A stretch of 38,572 nucleotides of DNA from Conidiobolus incongruus B7586 (lineage: Eukaryota): contig JNEM01010983.1 of assembly GCA_000697335.1 (NCBI GenBank), positions 1-38,572 on the forward strand. The letters are read 5' to 3'. How positions within the stretch are numbered: the first letter of the stretch is position 1; the number at the start of each line of letters is the position of its first letter. The notes under the pieces were generated by a model that was not told the origin of the DNA, ran no database searches, and worked only from the letters and a program-made list of their open reading frames with translations. This document shows positions 35,646-38,572 of the stretch, one piece after another. A program made the translations under genes and the position numbers.

Positions 35646-36647
35646 ATGAAGTTCCTTTATTTATTATCCTTCGCACTTGCTGTCACTTCCAAATCTTGCC
35701 GAGAGGATCCCACTAATGACTCTTGTGTTGATTACCAATTAGATCCTAAAGTTGTCAGCGATTCTCTTGATGACTTGTGTACTCAGATGCCAAATATGCC
35801 TGGTTGTGGTATTGGATACATGTGTGGCAACAACACTAGCGTTCAAAACCAGAGATATTGTAATAAGTTCTCCCTCCTAGCAGATATCTGTGCTACAGAT
35901 ATGCCAAGAATGAGAGGATGTAAACCTTATGTTGAGATATGTAGTGTCAAAGATACAAAGGTTAAGCAGTGTACTGACTATCCTCCTCTCGCGAAACTTC
36001 CAGATACCATGAAAACCGGAAACTTAGTCAAAAGTATTTGTAATGAAATGACTATGGATGGATGTGAAAAATGTAGTGGAGATAAGTCAGCTTATTGTGA
36101 CCTTATTGGAGTCTACTCTCAACTCTGTATTGCTATGCCTGAAATGTACCAGTGTGCTGAATGGAAATCAATGTGTGATGCTCAAGGCTCTAATAAGGAT
36201 AACTTTCCACTTTGTCAAATGTCTGATAACAATACTAATGCTCCTCCTACTATGAGAATGTACTTCCACACTGGATTCGCAGATTATATTCTCTTCAAAG
36301 AATGGGTTCCTCGTACAGCTGGACAATATGCAGGCTCCGTTATTGCCATTATTGTAATGGGAGTCTTTTATGAATTTTTACTTACTCTTCGTAGTCAACT
36401 TGAATCACGCTGGGTTGAACAAAATAACCCCAAGTTAACCGAATATAGTGCTGGACAACTCCGTATTGACATTTCTCGTGCTACATTACAATTCTTTGAA
36501 TCACTTCTTGCATATGCTCTTATGTTGATTACAATGACATTCAATGTAGGACTCTTCTTTGCGGTTATTGTAGGTATTGCACTGGGTACCTTGATCTTCT
36601 CAAGATTCAGAGTCCAAGGCTATATTAAGAGAGCATGTGGATGCTAA
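35646..36647 (+). CDS. Ctr/SLC31 copper transporter with signal peptide and Cys-Met-rich ectodomain, 333 aa, intronless (copy 1)
   Basis: MRMYFHTG..YILFKEWVP precedes TM1. TM2 has MxxxM (LMLITMTFN), TM3 has GxxxG (GIALG), and the C-terminus ends in CGC. The N-terminus has CxxMxxMxxC-type repeats. Confidence 0.93.
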   Translation: MKFLYLLSFALAVTSKSCREDPTNDSCVDYQLDPKVVSDSLDDLCTQMPNMPGCGIGYMCGNNTSVQNQRYCNKFSLLADICATDMPRMRGCKPYVEICSVKDTKVKQCTDYPPLAKLPDTMKTGNLVKSICNEMTMDGCEKCSGDKSAYCDLIGVYSQLCIAMPEMYQCAEWKSMCDAQGSNKDNFPLCQMSDNNTNAPPTMRMYFHTGFADYILFKEWVPRTAGQYAGSVIAIIVMGVFYEFLLTLRSQLESRWVEQNNPKLTEYSAGQLRIDISRATLQFFESLLAYALMLITMTFNVGLFFAVIVGIALGTLIFSRFRVQGYIKRACGC

Positions 36648-38159
36648 GCATACTCTTACAATTTCCAATATTCATTTATTACTTTATCCAATTAAAATTA
36701 TTATATGTACACATTTGTAATAAATTTTATTCAAAAATTTTATAATTAAATAATTTTTAAGTTTCAAGTTTAATTATATTTTACTAAATTTGTGAATAAC
36801 AAACCATTCACTCAGTCAAAAATAAAGTTAAATCTTAAAAATCGATATTATTCAATTTTTTTCCATCTAAATTATTTTCAATAATGCACTTTTTTTGAAT
36901 TGTTTCATCATGTGTATTGCAAAATTAATTTAATTATTCAAGTTGGTCCGACCAACGAATATTACTTGTTTCCAAAGTTATACAAATTTTTAAACAAAAT
37001 AATTGTACTTAAAATCAATCAAATCCATTATCCGATTTATCAAATTTAGAAAATAATATGTGATATATTAATATTAATAATTAATCAAAGTTATTACTGA
37101 ATTATCAATTGAAATAATTATTATATCAAATCATTTCACACTTTTGAAAATTTTTAATATTACTCTTTATATATAATACTTCTGGAAATAAGATAAGTAT
37201 ATATTCGTATAATTTGTTGAATTTTACATAATTTAATATGTAATAATCATCCCGATTTAACCTTTTAAATCCATGTAGATAAACATTGTCAGATCATACT
37301 GATATAATCTAGACTTTATGAGGTTCTGTTGTACAGATTTGTTATTGATAGAAATATAATAATGGATTACAATTATCAAATTAAAATAATAATATTTTAT
37401 TAAAGAACTGAATTAATCAGAAAATAATGCAAGTTAATATTAAATACGCTTATCAAATCTGAAAAATGCTGATGTAAAATGAACTTGATCAATTTTATAG
37501 TGTTATAGTAATCAAATTATGATTGAATATGCAAAAAAGTCAAGAACAGTAGGATATTAAATAAAAATTTTCTTACTATTATCTAAAGTCTGATATGTGA
37601 CAAACATTCCATATATGTACTTTGCCTATGCTAGTATATATCACAATAGAGTATAATAATTTAGCTGACCCAAATTGTATTCTTTATCTAATCCATTCAA
37701 ATATTAATTGGTTATTAAATTTGACCCAACCAAGTTATATTATTTGAACTTGGATATAGTTTGAAACTATTTTTAGAGGAAATATGTTTATTAATTATAT
37801 AAAACCGTCGAATAACTTGATTAAAGTTATAAAATATAAAAAATTATTATTTTCATCATTATTTTTCCATATTAACTAATACAAATTTATCCAATAGTTA
37901 AAAAAAGATGTGAAAAAAACGATAAAAAATCGGAAGTTGATAGCTTGAACTTCCAGAAATATTTTAAGTTGGAAGAATATAGTGGAATGATAAAATTTTT
38001 ATTAATCAATATATAAATTGACCAATTGATGTTGCTGGTATAAATTAAATCAAATGCTTCTTTGAGTTTCTAGAAGTTTTCTTTTTTTATAATTTTTTCA
38101 CCCTATAAATTTGAATTCTTTGATAACTTTATTCTACTTTGGTGTTTTATTGATTAGCG

Positions 38160-38572
38160 ATGAAGTTCCTTTATTTATTATCCTTCGCACTTGCTGTCAC
38201 TTCCAAATCTTGCCGAGAGGATCCCACTAATGACTCTTGCGTTGATTACCAATTAGATCCTAAAGTTGTCAGCGATTCTCTTGATGACTTGTGTACTCAG
38301 ATGCCAAATATGCCTGGTTGTGGTATTGGATACATGTGTGGCAACAACACTAGCATCCAAAATGAAAGATATTGTAATAAGTTCTCCCTCCTAGCAGATA
38401 TCTGTGCTACAGATATGCCAAGAATGAGAGGATGTAAACCTTATGTTGAGATATGTAGTGTCAAAGATACAAAGGTTAAGCAGTGTACTGACTATCCTCC
38501 TCTCGCGAAACTTCCAGATACCATGAAAACCGGAAACTTAGTCAAAAGTATTTGTAATGAAATGACTATGGA
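38160..38572 (+). CDS. Second tandem copy of the Ctr copper transporter (5' part, truncated by the window end)
   Basis: 413 nt align without gaps to 35646-36058. I count about 6 substitutions by eye, and the frame is open. Confidence 0.92.
   Translation, partial: MKFLYLLSFALAVTSKSCREDPTNDSCVDYQLDPKVVSDSLDDLCTQMPNMPGCGIGYMCGNNTSIQNERYCNKFSLLADICATDMPRMRGCKPYVEICSVKDTKVKQCTDYPPLAKLPDTMKTGNLVKSICNEMTM

Noticed and set aside
1..38572. CRISPR arrays or prokaryotic operons/defence systems
   Set aside because: No regularly spaced direct repeats were seen, and the genes are spliceosomal-intron-containing eukaryotic genes.

Overview
This is very AT-rich eukaryotic DNA with short (mostly ~50-70 nt) GT-AG introns. 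The gene content points to an early-diverging fungus; Entomophthoromycotina/Conidiobolus-like is a guess from composition and intron style. Intact genes, in order: an APC/CAT-type amino acid permease (-), snRNP core protein SmE (-, 5 exons), a dienelactone hydrolase-family enzyme, a pyridoxamine-5'-phosphate-oxidase-like FMN-binding protein, a CMTR1-like cap1 2'-O-methyltransferase (9 exons), NF-YC/Hap5, a secreted CE4 deacetylase-like protein (-), tRNA-Ala(AGC) (-), ABCF3/Gcn20, PP2A B56/Rts1 (12 exons) and two tandem Ctr copper transporters (the second is cut by the window end). SmE sits between two decayed genes, a PPR pseudogene and an intron-containing rhodanese/TUM1 pseudogene. Four observations stand out. 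(1) A compact fungal CMTR1 retains the K-D-K-E tetrad, although model yeasts make only cap0. (2) The CE4 protein has lost its metal-binding histidines and is a probable pseudoenzyme. (3) The Ctr proteins carry Chlamydomonas/Dictyostelium-type Cys-Met ectodomains, with near-identical coding sequence but diverged promoters. (4) The pseudogene-SmE-pseudogene block suggests decay after duplication. All exon coordinates were derived by hand and no database searches were run.
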